Positions 18,358 through 27,058 of a stretch of DNA of 64,000 bases are shown piece after piece. Source of the stretch: Candidatus Sungiibacteriota bacterium (GTDB lineage: Bacteria; Patescibacteriota; Minisyncoccia; Sungbacterales; HO2-52-23); contig JACOYX010000017.1 in NCBI GenBank assembly GCA_016181585.1, positions 8,317 to 72,316 of the forward strand, written 5' to 3'. The translations under genes were made by a program, and so were the position numbers. How positions within the stretch are numbered: the stretch's first letter is position 1; each line of letters opens with the position of its first letter. The notes under the pieces are model-generated. The model searched no databases. It worked only from the letters and a program-made list of their open reading frames with translations, and was not told the DNA's origin.

Positions 18358-18439
18358 CTAGCATTACCTCCCTTATAATTTTGCTCTTAAGAGCTAATAA
18401 AACTAGTACATTATATAAAGATTACTGTCAAGACACAAA

Positions 18440-18480
18440 TAAAAAACCTTACGAGACATGGTCTCGTAAGGTTTTTTATT
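18440..18480. terminator. Bidirectional terminator: 13-bp-stem hairpin aaccttacgagac-atg-gtctcgtaaggtt flanked by A/T runs
   Basis: aaaaaa...tttttt flanks a perfect stem. Confidence 0.65.
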
Positions 18481-18485
18481 GAACA

Positions 18486-19658
18486 TTATATCTCCTTTGC
18501 TTCAAAAAAATTTTTTTGTATCTGCAAGGTTGCGCGCGCGAGCACTTTTGCAATTTTTTCGCTCGTTTTGGCTTGGTGATAAAGTATTGCGGGCGGATAG
18601 CGGCCGTGTTCGAGCTGACGCAAAATAGCACCTTTGATTTCTTGTTTCCTGTGGCCAACATCAAGCACGTTTGGCCCGCGAAGGCGGTTTTGCTGGCGCG
18701 TGCCGATATTGACCACCGGCGTACCGAGATACGAACATTCTTTAATGCCAGATGAGGAATTGCCGATTAAGCACTTTGCGCTCCGCAAAAGACCAATAAA
18801 ATCCTCAGGCAAGAGATCAGTCACAAAACGAATGTGATGATTTTCCGATCCCACGCGCTCGCGCCAGACGCGAATCACTTTTGCAATTTCATGCGTGCCT
18901 GCGTCGCTATTCGGCCAAAACCAAGCCGTAGGCATTTTGAGCTCATCAATTACCTTAAAAAGTTCTTCTGCGTTTTCTTGATTATTCTTTTCCGTAGTTA
19001 CGGGATGCTGCATAACCACAAGAAATGGTTTTGCAACATCAATGTGCGCTCCCACACCCGCGGCATTCACCACTTCGCCTTTATTTTTTTTGGAAATGGA
19101 TGCCACAAATTCTATGTCTAGCGAACCCACATTAAATACATATTCCGGATGCTCCCCCATCTGAATTACGCGCCTTCGCGAATCTTCATTGGTAACAAAA
19201 TGAATATGCGAAAGTTTGGTAATCGCGTGGCGCACGCTTTCATCAATCGTACCGGAAAGATCGCCGCCTTCAATGTGCGCGATTGTTTTATTCAAATACG
19301 CCGCCGTCATCGCAAGCGCCAACTGCTCAAAACGATCTCCGCGGATCAAAACAATATCCGATTTAAGGCGATCCAAAGAATTAGAAAATTCAAGCGCCGT
19401 AAGTCCTGCCGTGCGTGCCATTGCCACATGATGCCCGCCTTCTATAACATTATACAACACATCGCTGATTTTAAACCCCGCCTTTTCCATTGCAGGCAAA
19501 AATCGCTCGCCGTATTTATCGATCAGAACTGATCCTCCAGCAACAAGCTGCAAATCAATATCCTTATGATGCAGCATTTTTTCCAGCAATAATTTCTGCC
19601 TCGCGTAATGCACGCGGCTGGTGATCGGAAAACAGATTTTTCTTTTACCTTTTTTCAT
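18486..19658 (-). CDS. UDP-N-acetylglucosamine 2-epimerase, hydrolysing type (NeuC/LegG family)
   Basis: 390 aa; Epimerase_2 motifs (HIEGGDLSGTIDESVRHAITKLSHIHF, QHPVTTE). Confidence 0.8.
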   Translation of the reverse strand: MKKGKRKICFPITSRVHYARQKLLLEKMLHHKDIDLQLVAGGSVLIDKYGERFLPAMEKAGFKISDVLYNVIEGGHHVAMARTAGLTALEFSNSLDRLKSDIVLIRGDRFEQLALAMTAAYLNKTIAHIEGGDLSGTIDESVRHAITKLSHIHFVTNEDSRRRVIQMGEHPEYVFNVGSLDIEFVASISKKNKGEVVNAAGVGAHIDVAKPFLVVMQHPVTTEKNNQENAEELFKVIDELKMPTAWFWPNSDAGTHEIAKVIRVWRERVGSENHHIRFVTDLLPEDFIGLLRSAKCLIGNSSSGIKECSYLGTPVVNIGTRQQNRLRGPNVLDVGHRKQEIKGAILRQLEHGRYPPAILYHQAKTSEKIAKVLARATLQIQKNFFEAKEI

Positions 19659-19714
19659 ATATCTCTCGCCTTAACACTAAAAATTGGTCTAATACTGAAA
19701 TTCACAAAGGCTGT

Positions 19715-19907
19715 CTCGGCTGCTATGATTTCAGACAATTGGATCGTCGGATTGGATTGGTTCCGCGTACTCGCGGGACAATCCGACGATCCATTAGAGA
19801 GGCCGCCGCCGGGTCAAAAGCACTGCTTTTGACGGGCAGTACTCTACCCCTGGATTTTGCTGTCGGAAGCAAAATCGGCGAAAGGGTCTGAAATCATAGC
19901 AGCCGAG
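19715..19907. repeat. Structured intergenic element with 22-bp perfect terminal inverted repeats (ctcggctgctatgatttcagac / gtctgaaatcatagcagccgag) and three internal hairpins, copy 1
   Basis: Interior holds a 14-bp-stem hairpin (ggatcgtcggattg...caatccgacgatcc) with apical ttccgcgtactcgcgg, plus hairpins gtcaaaagc/gcttttgac and gattttgct/gcaaaatc. Confidence 0.75.
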
Positions 19908-19927
19908 GCAACCGCCCCCTCGACAAC

Positions 19928-21283
19928 TTACAAATTTTCCAAAATAAAATTACCAATTCTCTCCCCAGATTTTCCATCCACAAACTTACACTGGCTTTCA
20001 ACAAGTTTTCTGCGTCCCGCAGAATCGAGCATGGGATCCGCCAAATACTTCTTCACCCACCCTATCAAATCTTCCTCGCTTCCGGCAAGACGGATACCCC
20101 CGTGATCAAGGGCTTTTTTATAATGCGCCATGGCATAAAATTGTGTGGGTGACTTGCACAAAGCCTCATGCGGCCGAATTTCAAAATTAAGATTTATCAC
20201 CGGCTTGTTAAACACCGAGCCGTCTATACTGATGCTCGAAGCGTAACACACGAGAATCGACATATGGTACAACGTATCGGCAAGGTATTTTAGTTCCGCA
20301 AAATCCATATCCCAATCCACTCCCCTTTTCTCGGAAAATCGCGTTCCTGGGTAAGTATAGAGAAGCTTTGGGCGATTGTTTAAATCTTTCGGATCAATAA
20401 AATCATTGGGAGGGAACCGCACTAAGATTTTTATATTATTCCCAAATTTTCCTTCTTCCGCAAGTCGGTTCAATAAATCCATCATATCCCAATCGGAATT
20501 ACTAAACGCACTGCCAATCGGAGAATAGACAATCAATTTCGTGTCGGCAGGCAAATTCAGTCCCCGAAAATATTCTTCGCGCGTGTTTGGCCTCAAAGAA
20601 AAATATTGGTCATATTGCGGTATGCCGCCGGTAAAAATAATATCAGGATTGATGTTGTTATAGAGCATCAAATCTTCTTTGATAAGATCATTAAAAACCA
20701 CAAGATGGTCCGGCACGATGCGTAAAATACACCTTCCTGAAACCCGATCCCATGTATTGATAAATCCTATTGTCTTCACCTTGTTTTTTTTCGCCTCCCG
20801 CAAAAAATGCACCTCCCGTTCATCAAAAAGATTTGCAAGAAATACAAGATCCGGCCGGTATTTCGCAAAATATTTCGCGTACACGCGATCACGCACAAGG
20901 CGATAATCCAAAAAACGCACTGCGGCGAGAACTACAGGACGCGCCAAAAGCCAATTGATAACATTGCTCCATTGATAGGAAACGTAATTTCCTCGCATAT
21001 CATAATCCATACGACGCCGCAATTTTGTGGTCTCCGTCCGCAAAAGCGTGTATTTAAATTTGCGGAATAACCCGTCGAAACCCATTACTGCAGGGTTTTC
21101 CACCACTTCATAAAAAACCCGCGGATCATTGAATTCTTTTTTAAGATACTCAAGCCGTTTTTTATTTTTCGTAAACAAAACAAGGCGAATATCTTTTCGC
21201 TTCATCAATATTTCAAAAACAGGAGTCCGCAAAATATTTTTCGACTCCACCCCCTCAAAAATTGTTATAAAAATTGTTTTCAT
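19928..21283 (-). CDS. TagF-like (CDP-alcohol glycerophosphotransferase-type GT-B) putative transferase, paralogue 1 of 3
   Basis: 451 aa; shares WDxxxxxG and C-terminal ...F.DG..G.R... segments with 45992-47377 and 51455-52837. Confidence 0.45.
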   Translation of the reverse strand: MKTIFITIFEGVESKNILRTPVFEILMKRKDIRLVLFTKNKKRLEYLKKEFNDPRVFYEVVENPAVMGFDGLFRKFKYTLLRTETTKLRRRMDYDMRGNYVSYQWSNVINWLLARPVVLAAVRFLDYRLVRDRVYAKYFAKYRPDLVFLANLFDEREVHFLREAKKNKVKTIGFINTWDRVSGRCILRIVPDHLVVFNDLIKEDLMLYNNINPDIIFTGGIPQYDQYFSLRPNTREEYFRGLNLPADTKLIVYSPIGSAFSNSDWDMMDLLNRLAEEGKFGNNIKILVRFPPNDFIDPKDLNNRPKLLYTYPGTRFSEKRGVDWDMDFAELKYLADTLYHMSILVCYASSISIDGSVFNKPVINLNFEIRPHEALCKSPTQFYAMAHYKKALDHGGIRLAGSEEDLIGWVKKYLADPMLDSAGRRKLVESQCKFVDGKSGERIGNFILENL

Positions 21284-21343
21284 TTTCTTCCTTCATCACA
21301 GACCCCCACATGTGAGAAAATGCCATCGAAAAAGAATGCGGCC

Positions 21344-21476
21344 TCGGCACACTCTGTTTGCGACAATTGGACCCGCAAGTTTGCATGGTTTCCGCGCACT
21401 CGCGGAAAAACTTGCGGGTCCCTTAACAAATTCCGCGCTGGCGGAATTTGTCGGGTCGCAAACAGAGTGTGCCGAG
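21344..21476. repeat. Structured intergenic element with 22-bp perfect terminal inverted repeats (ctcggcacactctgtttgcgac / gtcgcaaacagagtgtgccgag), copy 2
   Basis: Same architecture as 19715-19907: aattgga start, 14-bp stem gacccgcaagttt/aaacttgcgggtc around ttccgcgcactcgcgg, then hairpin aattccgc-gctg-gcggaatt. The stems differ by compensatory changes. Confidence 0.75.
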
Positions 21477-21502
21477 AAAGCCGCAACCCATAACTACAAA
21501 AC

Positions 21503-22192
21503 CTATTTTTTCTCCATCACATAAATCACATAATTCCCAAACCATTCATTCGCCGGCAATATATGCTTAAACCGTTCTTTCCCAAAGAGAAAAACCCCGG
21601 GCTTTGTATAAATTGTTTTCTCCAAATCAAAATATCGTAAAAACGTTTTTTTAAACGTGTCTTTCGTGAATACCGTAATATGATTATTTGATTCATTCCA
21701 GCGCGGAAACGTGCCTTTTTTCAAAAATAAAAGTCGGCTTGTAACGTGGAAAACATTGGGAAGGGCAAAAATAAATTTAGCGCCCGGTTTTATGACACGA
21801 TACACTTCCCGCATAAAGTGATAGGGATTTTCCATGTGCTCCCCGATTCCCCACGCCGCAACCCCGTCGAATGAATTGTTGGGATACGGAATTTTTTCAG
21901 TATTCAAATCAATAACTGTAAAAGCCATTTTGGTGCGATCCGCAAATTTCAAGGCATCATAAAAATCCACCGCGTGAATATCGGTATAATTATGGTCCTG
22001 AAGAATTTTCGTAAAAGCTCCCGTGTGCGGTCCGCATTCAAGAATCTTTCCATTTTTGGGAAAATACTGCAAAGCAAGAGACGGCTCTGTTGTCCCCATA
22101 AACCGCGTACCGCCCTCGACCTCTTCTTTTTCCCGCACCCATTCGGGATGCATGCGCATTTCTTCAACAGTGATATATGCTGGTTTTTTCAT
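21503..22192 (-). CDS. Class I SAM-dependent methyltransferase
   Basis: Methyltransf_11-like (ILECGPHTGAFT..., DGVAAWGIGEHMENP); start moved to MKKPAYI; the ORF-track N-terminal extension runs through a structured repeat. Confidence 0.65.
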   Translation of the reverse strand: MKKPAYITVEEMRMHPEWVREKEEVEGGTRFMGTTEPSLALQYFPKNGKILECGPHTGAFTKILQDHNYTDIHAVDFYDALKFADRTKMAFTVIDLNTEKIPYPNNSFDGVAAWGIGEHMENPYHFMREVYRVIKPGAKFIFALPNVFHVTSRLLFLKKGTFPRWNESNNHITVFTKDTFKKTFLRYFDLEKTIYTKPGVFLFGKERFKHILPANEWFGNYVIYVMEKK

Positions 22193-22215
22193 ATAATAAT
22201 AGAGTTTGGCGAATA

Positions 22216-22354
22216 TTGTCATTGCGAGCCTGCCCGCCTGCTGTCTTAGGACAGCCAAACCAGGTCGCAGACATCGGCTAGGGTGCTGACGAAGCAATCT
22301 CATACTTACGATATGAGATTGCTTCGTCCAGGTAGAACAGGGACTCGCAATGAC
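22216..22354. repeat. Nested inverted-repeat element (outer tgtcattgcgag/ctcgcaatgaca; inner 15-bp-stem hairpin cgaagcaatctcata-cttacga-tatgagattgcttcg)
   Basis: Outer 12-bp IR encloses gctgtc-ttag-gacagc and a 15-bp perfect hairpin; sits immediately 5' of methyltransferase gene 21503-22192. Confidence 0.6.
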
Positions 22355-22448
22355 ACTGTAGGCCATTATTCACCAAACCCTGTTTTACCTACTTGACTAT
22401 TACTTAGCTTAGTTATACTTTATTCTTAAGATCTTTCTTGGAGAAGAT

Positions 22449-22676
22449 ATGAACAGAAAATATGGTGCACTGCCTCCTCCTGAAGCAGCTTGGCAAATTG
22501 GCAAAACAGCTAAATTTATCACGCGAATTAATGAAATTAGCAGACGGTTGGAAGAATATCATAAGCATCTCAATGACCCTTATACTTTCTACCCGGACGA
22601 AGTTGATGCTGTTCGTGAATTAAAAACACACGCAGCTGAAGATATCGAATTTTTGCTTGGTGAAATTAGAAAGTAA
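22449..22676 (+). CDS. Small hypothetical protein (75 aa)
   Basis: Upstream TTGACT...TATACT promoter-like boxes and GGAGAAG RBS. Confidence 0.45.
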   Translation: MNRKYGALPPPEAAWQIGKTAKFITRINEISRRLEEYHKHLNDPYTFYPDEVDAVRELKTHAAEDIEFLLGEIRK

Positions 22677-22984
22677 ACCGCTCTTTTTTTCATTTCCTCA
22701 TTGCCCGTGACACCTCTGCTTTTCCAATAACCAACCGCAGGGATTTTCCTTATTTTAAGCCACCTTTTCAGCTACTTGACTTCTCAACAAAGAAATGATA
22801 GCGTGTAAATGTCTGATGGGACAGAGGTTGGAATTGTCTACAGACAGTTTGCCTTAAAGCGCCGACCTCTCGGGACTACCCATCCAGCCCAATTGGGACG
22901 AATGCCGCGATAGACGCGGGGTAGAGAGGAAACGCGACCATCCCATCAGGCATGCTCAGCTCTTTGGAGTTGAGCTTTTCTTTG

Positions 22985-23033
22985 TCCTCACTTTCCATGA
23001 CACCTCTGCTTTTTCAATAACCAACCGCAGGCC
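22985..23033. repeat. Repeat family G (cctcactttccatgacacctctgcttttcaataaccaaccgcagg); four copies at 22692-22750, 22985-23033, 23563-23620 and 23990-24050
   Basis: Copies 2 and 4 share an identical 23-mer. On the minus strand it reads gaggtgtcATGgaaagtgagga.aaa and forms the RBS/start of the NUDIX gene; copy 3 encodes the NUDIX C-terminus. Confidence 0.6.
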
Positions 23034-23206
23034 TGCCAGCCGAAGCCTCGGCGTAGGCGGGGATTTTCCCGCGGCCTTCCGTAGCTTTTAGCGTAGGAGG
23101 CTTTATTTCCCGCCAGAGGCGTGTCCGCCTTCGGCGGATAAGCTGTTTTTCCATCTTTGGCACGATTGAATTTGCTGAATGATAGAAAATGTCATGCGAA
23201 ATTTTC

Positions 23207-23235
23207 TTGACATAGCATACATTTATTTCTATACT
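23207..23235 (+). promoter_or_regulatory. Sigma70-type promoter TTGACA-N17-TATACT for the 23272 gene
   Basis: TTGACA 23207-23212; 17-nt spacer; TATACT 23230-23235; AGGAGG RBS at 23258. Confidence 0.6.
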
Positions 23236-23271
23236 TTTTTCAGAACCTGATAACACAGGAGGTACCCTCGC

Positions 23272-23511
23272 ATGAAGTATCTGCTTACTTTTCTCGCTAT
23301 TTTTGCTGCCTTTACGCTTTTGATTTTCGGTGCTATCCATCTTGATCTATTGCTAAATCCTTGGCTTCGTAACGCCGTGCAGGAGTGGAGGTGGTATAAC
23401 TATTTCACCTCGCATCATGCCGTTACTGCTCTTTACCTGGGAGGATGGCTCTGGTTAATTCCTTCGTTCATCATCTCGGCAATAGCATCTTTAGTTATCA
23501 CACAAGATTAG
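23272..23511 (+). CDS. Small two-TM membrane protein (79 aa)
   Basis: Strong promoter and SD; hydrophobic helices; terminator follows at 23521-23556. Confidence 0.55.
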   Translation: MKYLLTFLAIFAAFTLLIFGAIHLDLLLNPWLRNAVQEWRWYNYFTSHHAVTALYLGGWLWLIPSFIISAIASLVITQD

Positions 23512-23520
23512 CCAGTCATC

Positions 23521-23556
23521 TGCGCCCGGTTCACTGGAATCGGGCCTTTTTCTTTA
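23521..23556 (+). terminator. Rho-independent terminator gcccgg-ttcactggaat-cgggc + T-run
   Basis: Stem-loop followed by ctttttcttt. Confidence 0.5.
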
Positions 23557-23583
23557 TATTATCTCCCATGACACTTTTGCTCT

Positions 23584-23982
23584 TTATTGACTAGCCCGCA
23601 GGGATTTACTCACAAAATCTTTTAAATACGGCGTTGTCTCTAACTCCATAAATTCGTCTTTTGTAACCCATCGGAATTCGGTGTGCTCGTTGTTTAACTT
23701 TACATCACCGTTTACCGCCTTGCATCTGTAGCCGATAAATAGCACATAATTATCTTCATCCTTGTTGTAAGCGGTTTCCACAACCAGCGGAATAATATTG
23801 TCTATATCTATTCCAGCTTCTTCTTTTACTTCTCGTCTTAGTGCGGTTTCGTGTTCTTCTGGTATTTCAACTGCTCCGCCCGGTAAATCCCATCGCAATC
23901 CTTTATATGATGCTTTCAACACAAGAAACTTACCCTCTCTATTTGACACAATTGCTTTCTGGTGAAAATTGATTTTAGCCAT
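23584..23982 (-). CDS. NUDIX hydrolase
   Basis: Nudix box GGAVEIPEEHETALRREVKEEAGI; start moved to the second ATG (MAKINF...), which has GGAAAGTGAGGA upstream. Confidence 0.75.
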   Translation of the reverse strand: MAKINFHQKAIVSNREGKFLVLKASYKGLRWDLPGGAVEIPEEHETALRREVKEEAGIDIDNIIPLVVETAYNKDEDNYVLFIGYRCKAVNGDVKLNNEHTEFRWVTKDEFMELETTPYLKDFVSKSLRASQ

Positions 23983-24012
23983 ATTTTTTATCCTCACTTT
24001 CCATGACACCTC

Positions 24013-24687
24013 TTATATTTCTTTCCACTTCCTCACTTCCTCATTTGCCTTTTTATATCTCTCCTCGGTTCCCGCATCGATCCAATATCCTTTATGCAAA
24101 AAAACATTCAGTTCGCCGCTCTCGGCAAGCCGCGGAAAAATCTCTTTTTCGATCATAAATTCTTCCGGTGTGTTTTCAAACACAGTCGGCGACAAAAGAT
24201 AAAATCCGCAATTCACATACCCCGTAATTTTTTCCTGCGGTTTTTCGAGAAACTCTTTTATCTTGCCATTATCAATGTTTAAAAGCCCAAAATCCCGCGC
24301 ATCGCTCACCTCCACACACATGATAGTATTGGGCAAAGAGCGCATCATCGCGGAAATATCCACATCAGTTAAACCATCTCCATTGAGCACCAAAAATGGT
24401 TCTTTCAAATCACGACTCGCGAATTTAATTCCCCCGCCCGTACCCAAAGGCCTCGGTTCCACCACATACTCAAATTTTCCCGGCCACTTCGCCTCACAAA
24501 ATGCGATAACCTGATCTGCCTTATGATACAAACTCAAGCGAATGTCGAAGATGCCATGCTTTTGCAATAAATTTACTTGATGCTCCAAAATCGTAACTCC
24601 ACCGACTTCAGCAAGCGGCTTTGGCCTCTCTCCCGTAATTTTTGCAAGCCGGGTGCCGAAACCACCGGCTAAAATAATTGCTTTCAT
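24013..24687 (-). CDS. Sugar-phosphate nucleotidyltransferase (NTP_transferase family)
   Basis: MKAIILAGGFGTRL signature; 224 aa; the start codon lies inside the left 22-bp TIR of the MITE-like element. Confidence 0.75.
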   Translation of the reverse strand: MKAIILAGGFGTRLAKITGERPKPLAEVGGVTILEHQVNLLQKHGIFDIRLSLYHKADQVIAFCEAKWPGKFEYVVEPRPLGTGGGIKFASRDLKEPFLVLNGDGLTDVDISAMMRSLPNTIMCVEVSDARDFGLLNIDNGKIKEFLEKPQEKITGYVNCGFYLLSPTVFENTPEEFMIEKEIFPRLAESGELNVFLHKGYWIDAGTEERYKKANEEVRKWKEI

Positions 24688-25142
24688 CCCACACATAACT
24701 TACACAAGACTATATTGAAGACACTCTTTAAGTCTCCGTAAACCCTGCGCATTTAATTGGTCTGTTGCCGAATAGCACTTTGACTACAATTGCATAAATT
24801 CGGTCAAATTTTTCAAAAAATTTCTTGGCTTATCTTCCAGATAGGCCGCAAAATTTTTTGAAAAATTTGCCTCGAATTTCTGCAACTTCGCGACGTAGGC
24901 TATTCGGCAACAGACCCTTAATTTTAAAGATTGTTCTCTCTTATAAGCATCATCTTTTTACACATAAGCTTCATAGTACACAAGTCGCCATGGCAAATAC
25001 TTTTTTGTGTACGACGACTTGCCACTGTTATGCTGATATAGTCTTCTACGAAGATCACCTGTACCCTACGTACAAACCATCAACAGTTTCAGATTTGAGC
25101 AAATACACATAATACATGTTTGTGTAAGTTATGTGTGGGATG
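24685..25142. mobile_element. MITE-like element: 458 bp bounded by 22-bp perfect terminal inverted repeats (catcccacacataacttacaca / tgtgtaagttatgtgtgggatg); non-coding interior built from mosaic repeat modules
   Basis: TIRs at 24685-24706 and 25121-25142. Interior carries module D (ggtctgttgccgaatagc ... gctattcggcaacagacc) and module C (cttggcttatcttccagataggccgcaaaa), both shared with 40596-40775, 42021-42477 and 57660-57893. The TIRs supply the start codon of 24013-24687 and the last 5 codons plus stop of 25129-25857. Confidence 0.6.
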
Positions 25143-25857
25143 AATTACTTTTTCTCAATAACAACTCCGCAATCTCAAAATCAATCGCGTGATCAATATC
25201 CACCGTCGGCCTTTTAAGAAAATACGGCAAAACCTTACCACCAATGACTGAATTTTTCTCCATAATTGTACTATAACGCACCACACCGATATCTGCAGTG
25301 GTCTGATACACTTTGGGCAATGACTGACGAGGTGCGGTATGCCAATCTTTCATGCCAGGCATATCTGAAACAAAGGGGTCAATAAAATCTCCCGCTATCT
25401 TCCACATTTTAAAGGGTGGCTTCGATGGCTCTTCTATCGAACGCACACTATCGGCTTCCGGAAATTTTTCCAAAAGCTCAATGGACTCATCAATCTCCTC
25501 CGCGGTACGCAAAGGCCCGGTCGGCCGCAAATGCACTAGAATATCCGGCTGATATTTTTCATGATCCTTCAGCCACTCCAGTGCGTGTAAAAAAACCGGC
25601 GTATCCGGCGTCAAATCTTCAGCTAAATTTGCGGGACGCAAAAAAGGCACCTCGACGCCATATTTTCTTGCGATGTCGGCAATCTCTTCATTGTCGGTAG
25701 ACACAATCACGCGATCAATATATTTTGATTTTTTTGCCACACCAATGCTCCACGCAAGCAACGGTTTACCCGCAAGTAATTGTATGTTTTTTTTCGGTAT
25801 CCCCTTTGATCCCCCCCTCGCAGGGATGAGAGCTAATATCTTTTTTCTATTTATCAT
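25129..25857 (-). CDS. Acylneuraminate cytidylyltransferase family (second CMP-nonulosonic acid synthetase)
   Basis: ILALIPARGGSKGIPKKN signature; start moved to MINRKK; last 5 codons lie in the TIR. Confidence 0.75.
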   Translation of the reverse strand: MINRKKILALIPARGGSKGIPKKNIQLLAGKPLLAWSIGVAKKSKYIDRVIVSTDNEEIADIARKYGVEVPFLRPANLAEDLTPDTPVFLHALEWLKDHEKYQPDILVHLRPTGPLRTAEEIDESIELLEKFPEADSVRSIEEPSKPPFKMWKIAGDFIDPFVSDMPGMKDWHTAPRQSLPKVYQTTADIGVVRYSTIMEKNSVIGGKVLPYFLKRPTVDIDHAIDFEIAELLLRKSNSSHT

Positions 25858-25886
25858 AAATAGTTTTGAGTGATACAATACTTACC

Positions 25887-26876
25887 TCAAACCCTATGTC
25901 TATTTTTTAGAACCGTCTTTTCCTCCCAATTATACACCCATTCATTCCCCACCAAACTCGCAAAACGACCCCTATAATAATCACGATTCAGCATTTCCGT
26001 ATGTGTCATATCCCGCTCCGCATGCCCCAACATGATCCGCCACTCCGGAATTTCTTTGTCAACAAACAGTCTCTGCTCATCTTTAGCAATCTTGGCAAAC
26101 CGCGAAAGCTCTTTCAGTTGCGAAGGATTAATCGAAACCGGCCCGTCTTTTGTTTTATCGGCTGGCAAAACAGTAAAATGCCGCTCAATATAATCCGCGC
26201 CAAGCATAAGCGCGGTTTGCGCGGCTTTTATTCCATCCCGAGCGACCAGCGTATGGTCGGACCATCCCACTTCCGGAGTAAACTTTCGAAGCCACTCCAT
26301 ACGCGTCAAATTTGCCATTGAGAGCGTATTGGGATAGCTTGTCACGCAATGAAGCAATGTAAACCGTTTATTTTTTTCTTTCAAAATCCTTGCCGTTTCT
26401 TCCACCTCTTCATTAAATGTAGCGCCAGTTGAAACAACCAATGTGTCAAAATTATCCGCTAGTTCGCGGATCATGGGAAAACTGCCGCAATCGTAACTCG
26501 CAACTTTTACCAATCTTTCACCGCCATAGGGAAGCGATGCGGACAGCGGAATTCTTTTGCGGGAAAACACCGTAAGCATGGGCACAGCACCCGCCCTTTT
26601 TACTTCTTCTACAAAAAAATGATAGTCCGCTTCGGCAAGATCAAGAGCCCTCAACCGTGAGGCTTCCGCACCATACGGCCGATGAATCGCTTTGCGGACG
26701 CCGTTATGTTCAACATGCCCCGCATCAAAACGCTCGCGGCGCGTGGTATCTTCTGAAAAAATAATCTGCCCTTTAATAATATCCGCACCGCTTTCTGCCG
26801 CCGCATGAATCAAATCCTTTAAAAGCGCACGATCGCCATTATGATTTTGACATACCTCTACAATAATTTTAGGCAT
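25887..26876 (-). CDS. NeuB-family nonulosonic acid synthase, second paralogue (no clear SAF domain)
   Basis: 329 aa; NeuB TIM-barrel motifs (VEVCQNHNGD, GWSDHT); diverged from 12751-13860 and 42478-43557. Confidence 0.65.
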   Translation of the reverse strand: MPKIIVEVCQNHNGDRALLKDLIHAAAESGADIIKGQIIFSEDTTRRERFDAGHVEHNGVRKAIHRPYGAEASRLRALDLAEADYHFFVEEVKRAGAVPMLTVFSRKRIPLSASLPYGGERLVKVASYDCGSFPMIRELADNFDTLVVSTGATFNEEVEETARILKEKNKRFTLLHCVTSYPNTLSMANLTRMEWLRKFTPEVGWSDHTLVARDGIKAAQTALMLGADYIERHFTVLPADKTKDGPVSINPSQLKELSRFAKIAKDEQRLFVDKEIPEWRIMLGHAERDMTHTEMLNRDYYRGRFASLVGNEWVYNWEEKTVLKNRHRV

Positions 26877-26963
26877 TTTGATAATATGTTTCGAGCCTGT
26901 CGAGAAACACCATTAGTATATTCCCTTTTGCCCGTTTCTTCATTCTCTCATATTACTAGAATT

Positions 26964-27020
26964 GCCCCGCAGAACACAACGGGGCATAGATAATGATAAA
27001 ACCCCATGTGCGGGGTTTTT
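26964..27020. terminator. Tandem hairpins gccccg-cagaacacaa-cggggc and aaaacccca-tgtg-cggggttttt (bidirectional terminator region)
   Basis: Second hairpin has T-runs on both strands. Confidence 0.55.
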
Positions 27021-27058
27021 GTTTCAGAATATGTTTGCAGTGCCTAACAAGAATAGTA

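Noticed and set aside
23014-23340. 108-aa minus-strand ORF in the 22.7-23.3 kb spacer
   Set aside because: It lies across the family-G repeat and the GC-rich hairpin island. It has no start context and its composition reflects the repeat content, so it is probably spurious.
24825-25112. 95-aa plus-strand ORF inside the MITE-like element
   Set aside because: It is entirely inside a TIR-bounded repeat mosaic made of modules seen elsewhere as non-coding DNA. It has no RBS or start context.
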